From IMG/VR virus record IMGVR_UViG_3300020452_000997, positions 1 to 53,022 of that record: a stretch of DNA of 53,022 nt; one strand, 5' to 3'. The notes below the pieces were generated by a model. It made no database searches, had not been told where the DNA came from, and saw only the letters and a list, made by a program, of their open reading frames with translations. Of this stretch, positions 45,042 to 53,022 are shown in pieces. The stretch's first letter is position 1, and every line of letters begins with the position of its first letter. Made by a program: the position numbers and the translations under genes. Origin of the DNA: a virus (Duplodnaviria > Caudoviricetes).

Positions 45042-45668
45042 CTAAAGACCAATATGCCAATCTTCTTTAATTTCTTTTAATACTTTTTCCAGGGCAACGC
45101 GAGAAATATTGGCACGATTACCTCCAATTCCGTCATAGTATCCACGACCATTTCGAAACTCTACAGAAGCCCATTCTCTGGCCGTTTCGTCCATGGCCAA
45201 CTTTACCGAGTTGTGATCACCTTTGAGGTAGCCGCCGATAGCAGGTCGCTTATGCAAAACCAAAGCCGCCATCAACTTATCTTGAGTTTCAGGCGTAAAC
45301 ATATCTAGTTTTTGCACTTTAGAGTGAGTTACCGCAAATCGCAAAGTTGATGGGATGAGCTGATAGCGGCCAACAGCATAAAGCCATCGCCGCTGGTAAG
45401 CCATGATTTGACCTACCGTGTAATTGCCAAATGTTTTACCTGTAAGGCTCTGAATGCCCCCAGGGGTGTCTCCAGCGTAGCCTCTATTCACGGAGTTGTA
45501 ATTACCTTCTCCCTTTGAGACTAAGTCTCCTAAAGGCTTTAATCGTTGGTAGTCTTCATAGTAATAAGGGTTTACACAAAGCAGTAGCAACTTTTGCGAC
45601 TGAACAGGAAGGGAGCCCAGGCTTCCCAACAGCAAGAGGGCTGAGCCTATCGTAGCTTTAAAATTCAT
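45042..45668 (-). CDS. Lysozyme-like endolysin/transglycosylase with signal-like N-terminus
   Basis: GEG.YN..N, AVGRYQ.IP.TL, F.PETQD, EWAS. Confidence 0.85.
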   Translation of the reverse strand: MNFKATIGSALLLLGSLGSLPVQSQKLLLLCVNPYYYEDYQRLKPLGDLVSKGEGNYNSVNRGYAGDTPGGIQSLTGKTFGNYTVGQIMAYQRRWLYAVGRYQLIPSTLRFAVTHSKVQKLDMFTPETQDKLMAALVLHKRPAIGGYLKGDHNSVKLAMDETAREWASVEFRNGRGYYDGIGGNRANISRVALEKVLKEIKEDWHIGL

Positions 45669-45671
45669 AGA

Positions 45672-45872
45672 TTAGAGATGATCGCGACAGTAAGCAGTAA
45701 ATTCGGTAAAGCCACCTATGCCCTTACCGTCAACAATAATATACGGAACAGTGGGGCAGTTGTCAAACTTTCCATTGACTTCCGTATAGCTGATATCAAA
45801 AGCGTCCATAAGCTTTTTAGCTCGAACACACCAAGAGCAATTTTCAAGAGTGTGAATGATAACGTTTTTCAT
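45672..45872 (-). CDS. Glutaredoxin
   Basis: CSWC, TVP, IGGF. Confidence 0.9.
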   Translation of the reverse strand: MKNVIIHTLENCSWCVRAKKLMDAFDISYTEVNGKFDNCPTVPYIIVDGKGIGGFTEFTAYCRDHL

Positions 45873-47161
45873 TAGATTACCACTCGGACAATAGTTTCAG
45901 GATCCCGAAGGCTTTCGTCCGCCTTTTGGGCTGAACGAGCGTTGTAAACAGCAAGACGCTCAATAATCTCGTAGCCTTCAACACCGTCAACGTTTTGTAA
46001 ATCGCATTTGACGCCATCAAGTCCTTGAGGGGTGACAATGTGGACGTTCTGCGCTGCTTTTGAGACAAAGCCCAGTGCTTCCTCAGAGTAGGCGTTAGAA
46101 CCCACGAGACTGGCGTTTCGAGAAACATAATCAGAAACCATGCTGCTGTGAATGTGTCCGCAAAGAATATGGTTAATTTTTACACCTTTAGCTGCGTACT
46201 TGCCGATCATAGCTTGGACTTTTTTTTGGTCGGTAGCATTAATCTGATGACCATGAATACCAAGAAAAGTCTGACCATGAACCTTGAAGACCACGTCATT
46301 AGCCTGAAATTCATGAAAAGTAAAACCATCGTCTTCGGTCGCTTCAAACACCGCCTGAAGCATTGCATAGATAGTAAAGTCGTAACTGTCTGTAGCGACA
46401 AGGTCCACCCAACCCAAGTTGTCTTTGACTCGCGACTCGTTCCCTGTCACTCCAAAGCAGTCAATAAAGAAATCTAAACGCAAGTCGACTAGGAACTGCT
46501 TGTACAAGTGAACAGCTAATAGCGTTGCGCGAGCTCTGTTGGTGCTCATGGAAAGCAATTCATCTAGACGACGATCGCTGTTCAGCAGGTCCCCACCAAA
46601 GAAAACTACTACACGTTCTACACCGTAAGCTTTGCCTAACAACTTAGTTTTTTGAGCCAAAAGTGCCAAGCGCTTTGAGGCCACCTCAAAGTCAAAGCGA
46701 TTGGTCGGAAGATTAACCAACTCATTAAAATGGTTATCGCTAATGTGAATTACTAAAGAAGCAGATTCAGGGTCAAGTGGAATAGTTTTGCGCCGAAGCC
46801 ACTCTTCATGGTTGCAGTCGCGAAGAGAGGATCCCAGCTGTTTAAGTTCCGAGACAATGGCTTCGTTGTACGAAGCGATAGCGTTTTCAATTCGAGCATA
46901 TTCTCGAAACGATTTGTTTTTAATGCGATTTTGATCTTGAAGCCTTTGATGGCTTTTTGCTAGTCGAACTGTTTCTTCTAGAACTTCATAATCAGGTTCA
47001 ACAAATTTTACCTCTGTCTTGATATAGCTCCTTAGCTGATTAGGCTTTGCTAGATAGCTATATCTTTCGTATAGCTCGACAGCGGCTCCAAGGTAAGAGC
47101 CGTGAGCCTCATACAGGCTGATGGCTTCATCTCTTAGATGGCTGATAGGAGTGAGACTCAT
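45872..47161 (-). CDS. Calcineurin-like metallophosphoesterase
   Basis: ISDNH, GGD, GNE, HGH and GHIH motifs; N-terminal coiled coil. Confidence 0.85.
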   Translation of the reverse strand: MSLTPISHLRDEAISLYEAHGSYLGAAVELYERYSYLAKPNQLRSYIKTEVKFVEPDYEVLEETVRLAKSHQRLQDQNRIKNKSFREYARIENAIASYNEAIVSELKQLGSSLRDCNHEEWLRRKTIPLDPESASLVIHISDNHFNELVNLPTNRFDFEVASKRLALLAQKTKLLGKAYGVERVVVFFGGDLLNSDRRLDELLSMSTNRARATLLAVHLYKQFLVDLRLDFFIDCFGVTGNESRVKDNLGWVDLVATDSYDFTIYAMLQAVFEATEDDGFTFHEFQANDVVFKVHGQTFLGIHGHQINATDQKKVQAMIGKYAAKGVKINHILCGHIHSSMVSDYVSRNASLVGSNAYSEEALGFVSKAAQNVHIVTPQGLDGVKCDLQNVDGVEGYEIIERLAVYNARSAQKADESLRDPETIVRVVI

Positions 47162-47176
47162 AAATATTTCAAAGAA

Positions 47177-48733
47177 TCATTCTCCCTCAAGTATACCACG
47201 TAAATGACACAGAACCCCCTCATCATCATCGATCGGCACGTTTGGCCTGATTAAAGTTCTAAGCTGTTGCATATAATGAGGCTCCGAAACGGCCACAACT
47301 GCCATAACGCTATGAGGAGTAAGATCTATACTTGAACAAAATTCCAAATCTTTCAATCTTTCCCATAGCCAAATCAAAGCCGGATTGGAAATATTTTCAA
47401 CCAAAGGTCTCAACTCTTCTCTCTTGTCAGGTCTGTGAACATAGATGCGGATCAACCGCCGCTCTGCGGCCAGTCTTACCTCATGAGGGCTGCGAGGATT
47501 CCAGTTTTCAGCTTTTTGTTGAATGCTAGCGTTTCCCCATTGCTTGCTAATCTTTTCTGCTTCTTTGTCGCTCTTAGCAAGAACTCTTGATGCTTTATCT
47601 ATGTAATGAGCTCGCAATGCCTTAGATTGAAGCTTATCAATTAAGTCCCTAAGCCGTTTCTCAACCTCAGTAATCATAGAAGTATTGTCTTTGTCTAGAG
47701 CAGAAGCCCAAGTGTCTATGACCCAATCCAACCAGGAAGGAGCCCCAGCAATATAGCTGTAAAGGTCTTCACCGTCTTTGATGACTTCATCAGGATCTTT
47801 CTTATCGGGCAGAGTAACAACATTAATGTTGATTTCACCGGCAGAAGCCATTGATCCCGCAGCCGAGATGAACTGCTCGGCGCCTTTCCTTCCTCCAGCG
47901 TCTCCGTCAAAGCATAAAACAAAACTTTTTGCGCTACGTGAAAGCCTCTTCAAAGTAGAGACGTCCGGCGCACCCGTCCCCTGCATTGCTACAACGTTGC
48001 GTATTCCCGCTTGCCACATGCTCACAACGTCTAAATGACCCTCTACAAAAATCAAAGAACCGGCCTCACGGGCTGCCTCCAGACCGCGAGGTTCATTAAA
48101 CACTAACATCTTTTTATGAAAGATGTTGCTGTCAGCACTGTTTTTGTACTTAGCTATTTGATCTTTCCTTGTAGCACGACCTGTCCATCCCACAAGCCTG
48201 CCTTTGTAATCTCGAATGGGAATTGTTATACGAGAAGCAAACTCTCCGCTAAACGAATACCCTATCTCAAACTCTCTTGAAGCCTCTGTAGTAAGTCCCC
48301 TTCCTGTCCATATTTTACGAAAGGATGCGGCTTCTGGGCTTTTCCAGCCATTTCTGAAAACCTCTTGTGTCTTCTCGGCCTGAGCCAAGCTTCTTGAAAT
48401 TTCGATTCTTCGTAATTTTGCTTGCTCGGAGTCCTCGTCGTCAGTTTCTAAAACAATGCCGTGAATACCTGCCACTACCTCAGCAGCGTCACGCATGTTC
48501 ATCCCATTGCGCTTTTGAACATAGTCTAAAATGTCGCCACCACCACGACAGACATGACAAAAACAAAAACCTTTTTGATCGTTGATCGTCAAAGAAGGAT
48601 TGGTGTCTTCGTGCCAAAGGCATTGCGTAACAAACTCGTGACCGACTTTTTTAAGCTTCCCTCCTAGTGACTCGACAACTGTCGACAAGGGAGCTGCTTT
48701 TATAGCCTGAAGGCTTGCTTGTGTGATTGCCAT
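47177..48733 (-). CDS. dnaG: DnaG-type DNA primase
   Basis: CLWH..TNPS...CHVC zinc finger, KYKNS, EGHLD, FDGDAGG TOPRIM, KDPDE. Confidence 0.95.
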   Translation of the reverse strand: MAITQASLQAIKAAPLSTVVESLGGKLKKVGHEFVTQCLWHEDTNPSLTINDQKGFCFCHVCRGGGDILDYVQKRNGMNMRDAAEVVAGIHGIVLETDDEDSEQAKLRRIEISRSLAQAEKTQEVFRNGWKSPEAASFRKIWTGRGLTTEASREFEIGYSFSGEFASRITIPIRDYKGRLVGWTGRATRKDQIAKYKNSADSNIFHKKMLVFNEPRGLEAAREAGSLIFVEGHLDVVSMWQAGIRNVVAMQGTGAPDVSTLKRLSRSAKSFVLCFDGDAGGRKGAEQFISAAGSMASAGEININVVTLPDKKDPDEVIKDGEDLYSYIAGAPSWLDWVIDTWASALDKDNTSMITEVEKRLRDLIDKLQSKALRAHYIDKASRVLAKSDKEAEKISKQWGNASIQQKAENWNPRSPHEVRLAAERRLIRIYVHRPDKREELRPLVENISNPALIWLWERLKDLEFCSSIDLTPHSVMAVVAVSEPHYMQQLRTLIRPNVPIDDDEGVLCHLRGILEGE

Positions 48734-48748
48734 GCTTTTAGTATAGCA

Positions 48749-49480
48749 TCAAAACAAGCTGGGCTGGCTTCTCCCGTTAGACAATTTGTCAGCGCCTTCA
48801 ATAAGCTCATCACTAATGCTTTCCCAATAAGTACCGCGGCATCCTGAAAGCTTCAACAGTTTGTCAACCGCCGAGACGGGCAATCGTGAACCCGTACCAC
48901 TTAGGTAAATCTCTAATTGATTCAATACCTCGACATTCTCTCCTAGATTGTCAATGGTTTCTTTTGCCATCTGCATATAAACTGAACCAAAATCGATCTC
49001 GTGAGGCTCTAAAGCTTCTGTAGGTTTAGCTTGTTCCTTTAATTCAAGAGGCGGACCTGAACACACTTTGCGAATCTCTTGCCATTCCTGACAATCAATG
49101 TTCAACTCCTTCGCAATCTCGATGTCGCTAGACCCACGATAAAGCAGTTTTCGTCCCTTGACCCAGCGCTCTCTCATTTTGTGAGATAGTCTCATAGCAT
49201 AAGTTCGATCCCTAACCCAGTGAAGTAGCTCACCGCGTATTGTAGGTATGGCTAAGCTAGAAAATCTCATACTTTTACCCGTTACGGGATGAGGCTTGGA
49301 AGGATCATAGCGGTAAGCCGCCTTACACAGCCCTTCAAATGCGACTGATTCTAAAGTGTGATATTCAATACCAGTCGTCCTTTGTAGACGCCAAGCCTCT
49401 CTTCTTGCCAAGTTGAGGTTGTCCGAAGCAAGCTTCTGCTGCTCCTTGCTCATTTTGAATTTAGCGGTACGACGAGCCAT
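48749..49480 (-). CDS. Phage RNA polymerase sigma factor (group 3, SigF/SigB-like)
   Basis: EGLCKAA.RYDP...FSS.A.PTIRGELLHW.RD region 2; EIAKELNI region 3. Confidence 0.9.
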   Translation of the reverse strand: MARRTAKFKMSKEQQKLASDNLNLARREAWRLQRTTGIEYHTLESVAFEGLCKAAYRYDPSKPHPVTGKSMRFSSLAIPTIRGELLHWVRDRTYAMRLSHKMRERWVKGRKLLYRGSSDIEIAKELNIDCQEWQEIRKVCSGPPLELKEQAKPTEALEPHEIDFGSVYMQMAKETIDNLGENVEVLNQLEIYLSGTGSRLPVSAVDKLLKLSGCRGTYWESISDELIEGADKLSNGRSQPSLF

Positions 49481-49535
49481 TACTTAATCTTCTTTAAGTT
49501 ATTATATCTTTTTTTTGTTTTTAGTGTTTTTTGTG

Positions 49536-51059
49536 CTACCAAAAAGAATTCCTTGCCACTTCAGGCAGTATTCTGTCCCCTCTGCCCCAAACAACTTCCG
49601 TCATTCGTGGAGCAGACCTCTGAGAGCAATAATTTATAGCCATTGTAACGGCATCAACCATGTCGTCGTTTTTTGATGCCGGAAACAAAGAAAACTCATT
49701 GATGAAAGCATCCAGCCATGTAGAGCTCGCTGGAAGATAAACGTTACCGGCCTCGACTAAAGGCACTATTCCAGCAGCTCTTGCCTGCTTGCTCTTCTCA
49801 GGTGTAAATCCAATCATTCCTGGAATCTTCTTTTGCATCATCTGATAAACTGCGTAACCTGATGCGGCAAGCTCAATAACGCAGCCAGATATAGAATGCT
49901 TACCTCTATAAAAGTTTAAAATCATATTCATAGTCCCGACGACATCAAGCTTGGATCGAACAAGATCAAGGACATAGAAAGAATTACCGGCTTGTCCCAC
50001 AAGAGCGCCTACGACGTAATCACTTTTTTTAGTGTTTGTAAAGGTGCAGTCGACCGATAGCATTATACGCTGAAATTCTGGCATTTCTGTATCGTGACTG
50101 TAATACTGCCACCATTCAGGGGCAAACATGTTTCCTCCTTCAGGCGCTGGTCTTTGTTGATACAAAGAAGCAAAGTCTCTTGAGCCAACCGTCTCCCTTA
50201 TCTTCTTTAGAGCTTTTGTATCAAAACGCTGTGGGCATAAAGGTTCCTCAACCTTCTCCCTCCAGTCAGGAATAGTGGGACAGTGTTCTGGCAATTTAGG
50301 ACGATCTCCGTCATCTTCGTAAAAAGCCGGGAGATCAACAATGGTCCAATTCTCTCTTCCGTCTTCAGAAGCATTGCTTTCTTTTTCTAGTAGTTGGCCA
50401 ATCAAATCGTTCTCAGACCATCTGGTTTGAATTACGACGATCGCTCCTACATGAGGTTCAAGCCGTGTGTAAAGGGCCGAGGTGTACCAGTTGTCCAGCT
50501 TTTCCATCATTTTTGCTGACTCTGCGTCTTCCCTACCCTTTACCGGATCATCGATCACAAGAAGGTGTCCAGACCGACCAGTCACAGCACCGTCCACTCC
50601 AGCGGCCCATAACCCTCCTCCGTTTTCCGTACCCCAAGCGTTAACAGCTTTGCTTGTTTTATTTAGGAGCCCTCCGCCTTCCGAGAAATAGTCTCTGGCC
50701 TTGCGGGAGAACCCTTCGGCAAGCTCTGCGGAATAAGAACATATACCCACATAACGGTCGGGATGAGCAAGTAGGTAAGCAGCAGGCAGAAACTGCGAAG
50801 CAAGCAGACTCTTTCCATGTCTCGGCGGCACTTGAAGTATGAGTCTAGTGCATTCTCCGTCAATAACTTTTTGGAGCTGTTCAATGACTTTTGCATGAAA
50901 CTTGTAAAATTTGTAACTTGGCATCACCTTGCGTATAAATTTCCACAAGACAATATCTCTTCCAGGCCCTTTAATAGCTTTTTTGTTTTTGACTTCTTTT
51001 ACTAGACCTTGGCCAGAAGCCGCTCTTTCTAGGAAGTCGTTACCCGTTTTAGCTGCCAT
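49536..51059 (-). CDS. terL: Terminase large subunit
   Basis: PPRHGKS Walker A, LLVIDDP Walker B, QTRW, SLYQQRP, DDMVDA. Confidence 0.95.
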   Translation of the reverse strand: MAAKTGNDFLERAASGQGLVKEVKNKKAIKGPGRDIVLWKFIRKVMPSYKFYKFHAKVIEQLQKVIDGECTRLILQVPPRHGKSLLASQFLPAAYLLAHPDRYVGICSYSAELAEGFSRKARDYFSEGGGLLNKTSKAVNAWGTENGGGLWAAGVDGAVTGRSGHLLVIDDPVKGREDAESAKMMEKLDNWYTSALYTRLEPHVGAIVVIQTRWSENDLIGQLLEKESNASEDGRENWTIVDLPAFYEDDGDRPKLPEHCPTIPDWREKVEEPLCPQRFDTKALKKIRETVGSRDFASLYQQRPAPEGGNMFAPEWWQYYSHDTEMPEFQRIMLSVDCTFTNTKKSDYVVGALVGQAGNSFYVLDLVRSKLDVVGTMNMILNFYRGKHSISGCVIELAASGYAVYQMMQKKIPGMIGFTPEKSKQARAAGIVPLVEAGNVYLPASSTWLDAFINEFSLFPASKNDDMVDAVTMAINYCSQRSAPRMTEVVWGRGDRILPEVARNSFW

Positions 51060-51061
51060 TG

Positions 51062-51676
51062 TTATTCATCCAAAGGTATGTCATAAATGTCAACCTCTTC
51101 TACGGCCGCAATCTCTTCAAGCTCCTGGTCTACGACTTGCATTAATTCGGTAACTCCTAAAGATGTTGCCCAAGCCTGCCTCCCGCTGTCCGAAATGTTT
51201 GAGGCTGCTCTCATTAAACCAGACAGCAGGCCCATCGGAATATCTTCTTCCTCTTCTTCTGCTTTTTTGATTCGTTTTTGTACGATGTTCATTAGCTCTG
51301 AGCTGACGTCCATCATCATTCGTGCCTGGTCCTCGTTGGATTGGCGAAATTCTTGAATGTTTTGACGATGACGCTTGCGCTCTACAGCGTTAGCTTCCTT
51401 GAAAGTAATTGCCATTTGCTGTTTATCATGTGCTGCACAGCGCTTACCCCAGCCGTATAGGTCGTACCATTTCGCTACAGTCGCGGCACTATGGCCGCAT
51501 GCTTCAGCGGCATTTGAGAGTGTCCTGCTGGCTCCAGAGTTTAAGTAAAACTGAAAAGCCCTGTAAGCTTTTTCATCTTCATGCCTGCCTGCTTGATTTA
51601 CTCTGTAGCCTCGTTGATAGTTCCATATTGGTCCAGGGTTTACTTTTGCTTTGGCCTCACGCCATTCTTGAGTCAT
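51062..51676 (-). CDS. terS: Terminase small subunit
   Basis: E..KAY.AF..YL..G..R HTH with W...W..R..AHD; immediately upstream of terL. Confidence 0.75.
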   Translation of the reverse strand: MTQEWREAKAKVNPGPIWNYQRGYRVNQAGRHEDEKAYRAFQFYLNSGASRTLSNAAEACGHSAATVAKWYDLYGWGKRCAAHDKQQMAITFKEANAVERKRHRQNIQEFRQSNEDQARMMMDVSSELMNIVQKRIKKAEEEEEDIPMGLLSGLMRAASNISDSGRQAWATSLGVTELMQVVDQELEEIAAVEEVDIYDIPLDE

Positions 51677-51724
51677 AGCCTGAAATCTGGTCTGACTAGT
51701 ATGCCAACCGAATATTTATGCCTG

Positions 51725-51913
51725 CTATTCATCTATGTTTTCCAAAAATACTACTTCTAACAAGAGTCTGTCCAAGTTTGCTTTTGTTTCCATTAAGGCT
51801 ACTTGTTCGGACGAATCACCGCCAGCCCAAGTCTCCAGGTGTCTCGACACAGACTTGTGGACCAAACGTATCCAGTCGTCGGTGACTCTCAGTTCATAAT
51901 ATCCCATAAACAA
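51725..51913 (-). CDS. Conserved small cyanophage protein
   Basis: SV...LE.W.GGD..EQ..L motif. Confidence 0.65.
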   Translation of the reverse strand: MFMGYYELRVTDDWIRLVHKSVSRHLETWAGGDSSEQVALMETKANLDRLLLEVVFLENIDE

Positions 51914-51937
51914 GGTTACCTGGAAACAGGCATAACA

Positions 51938-51963
51938 ATAGCACCCTCGGAAGAGAGTGCTAT
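51938..51963 (-). terminator. Hairpin downstream of hli
   Basis: ATAGCAC...GTGCTAT inverted repeat. Confidence 0.5.
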
Positions 51964-51987
51964 CATGGCAATTTACTAAAGCTTGCT

Positions 51988-52176
51988 TTAGAACACTCCT
52001 GGAATGATCTGACCAGTAAGAGCATAGGCTCCAATGGCTGCAATAAATCCTAGCATTGCAAGTCGTCCATTAAGGCGTTCAGCTGTTTCGTTGTGATTCA
52101 TGGGTTCAGTTAAATAAATTTCTGGTTCGATGGCATACATGTTTATGCGTCCACCGTCTTCTTTTACTACAGTCAT
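51988..52176 (-). CDS. hli: High-light inducible protein
   Basis: AERLNGRLAMLGF...TGQIIPGVF. Confidence 0.95.
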   Translation of the reverse strand: MTVVKEDGGRINMYAIEPEIYLTEPMNHNETAERLNGRLAMLGFIAAIGAYALTGQIIPGVF

Positions 52177-52181
52177 TGTGT

Positions 52182-52433
52182 TTAAGATTTGTTTTTGTAG
52201 TTTGCAGAATTGTCAGTAGGAGGAGAGCCTGCGTTAACAGTCATGTGTTGTTGATAGCTCAGTCTTTTGTACCGATTAGTGAAAATATCAGGTAGCCAGT
52301 AGGTTACTTGCCATTGTATCTCGCTATTTAGCCTGAGGTGCTCCTCCAGTGAATGATGGAAAACCCCGAGCTGCATGTAACCATCATGAGTTATTAGATG
52401 GTTACCGCAGTCGACTATAAAGTGATCAGCCAA
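52182..52433 (-). CDS. Hypothetical protein between psbA and hli
   Basis: 83 aa, overlaps the psbA stop. Confidence 0.6.
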   Translation of the reverse strand: MADHFIVDCGNHLITHDGYMQLGVFHHSLEEHLRLNSEIQWQVTYWLPDIFTNRYKRLSYQQHMTVNAGSPPTDNSANYKNKS

Positions 52434-53022
52434 TTGAAGGCGCCACTAAGGCCACAGGCGTGGAGCTAGCTGTTGCAAGATCAAGCGGAAAGTTGTGGGC
52501 ATTACGCTCGTGCATGACTTCCATTCCGAGTCCTGCTCGGTTGAGGATGTCTGCCCAGGTGTTGACGACGTGGCCGTCACTGGATTGGATGGATTGATTG
52601 AAGTTGAAGCCGTTCAGATTGAAAGCCATAGTTGACACACCTAATGCTGTAAACCAGATGCCGACAACAGGCCAAGCAGCAAGGAAGAAGTGAAGACTCC
52701 GGCTATTGTTAAAGCTGGCGTACTGGAAGATAAGCCGACCAAAGTAGCCGTGAGCAGCAACAATGTTGTAAGTCTCTTCTTCTTGTCCAAATTTGTAACC
52801 GTAGTTCTGGCTGACTGTTTCTGAGGTTTCACGAATCAATGAAGATGTAACCAAGGAGCCATGCATTGCAGAGAACAACGCACCTCCGAACACTCCTGCA
52901 ACTCCCAACATGTGGAAGGGGTGCATCAGGATGTTGTGCTCAGCTTGGAACACCAACATGTAGTTGAAGGTTCCAGAGATGCCCAGGGGCATTGCATCAG
53001 AGAACGAACCCTGACCGAAGGG
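52426..53022 (-). CDS. psbA: Photosystem II D1 protein (C-terminal part; 5' end outside window)
   Basis: [14 protein letters not shown]...HNILMHPFH...[10 protein letters not shown]...[14 protein letters not shown]. Confidence 0.99.
   Translation of the reverse strand, partial: PFGQGSFSDAMPLGISGTFNYMLVFQAEHNILMHPFHMLGVAGVFGGALFSAMHGSLVTSSLIRETSETVSQNYGYKFGQEEETYNIVAAHGYFGRLIFQYASFNNSRSLHFFLAAWPVVGIWFTALGVSTMAFNLNGFNFNQSIQSSDGHVVNTWADILNRAGLGMEVMHERNAHNFPLDLATASSTPVALVAPSIG

Noticed and set aside
42125-53022. Inteins or introns in nrdJ, dnaG, terL or psbA
   Set aside because: Catalytic motifs are contiguous and lengths are ordinary; the visible psbA frame is uninterrupted.
1-53022. tRNA genes, integrase or att sites
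   Set aside because: No cloverleaf or recombinase motifs were recognised by eye; tRNAscan-SE would be needed to exclude tRNAs formally.

Overview
A 53 kb piece of a dsDNA tailed cyanophage genome. The host is probably a picocyanobacterium, inferred from psbA, hli, a CpcS/CpcV-like lyase and DUF4278. The tail genes are of the long non-contractile (siphovirus-like) type and nearly all genes lie on the minus strand. In window order: a fibre cluster (1-5039); lysis-like and very basic small genes (5100-7508); head genes (decoration, major capsid, scaffold; 7513-10334); Cys-rich proteins and a second fibre cluster (10422-17393); tail tip, tape measure, tail tube, frameshifted chaperones and neck genes (17396-30315); a repeat-flanked plus-strand island of probable pre-early genes (30429-32964); an origin-like element (33379-33551); small early genes with host-type promoters (33627-39747); then portal, dcd, class II RNR, endolysin, glutaredoxin, phosphoesterase, primase, sigma factor, terminase, hli and a partial psbA. 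The most notable items are not in the ORF track. (1) An apparent plug-and-socket grammar across the fibre proteins (N-terminal Mtd_N-like module, C-terminal DGGxF peptide), plus a hidden in-frame DGGKF micro-ORF. (2) A variant Downstream-peptide (glutamine-II) riboswitch upstream of an unannotated DUF4278 gene. (3) About 22 copies of a GGHANNMTA late-promoter motif, plausibly read by the phage sigma factor. (4) C-GNGAY-G hairpins in the 5' UTRs of the portal, scaffold and capsid genes. (5) 14-bp palindromic repeat arrays bracketing an island that begins with a SAM-lyase-like gene. All family assignments are from motif recognition by eye; no database search was run.
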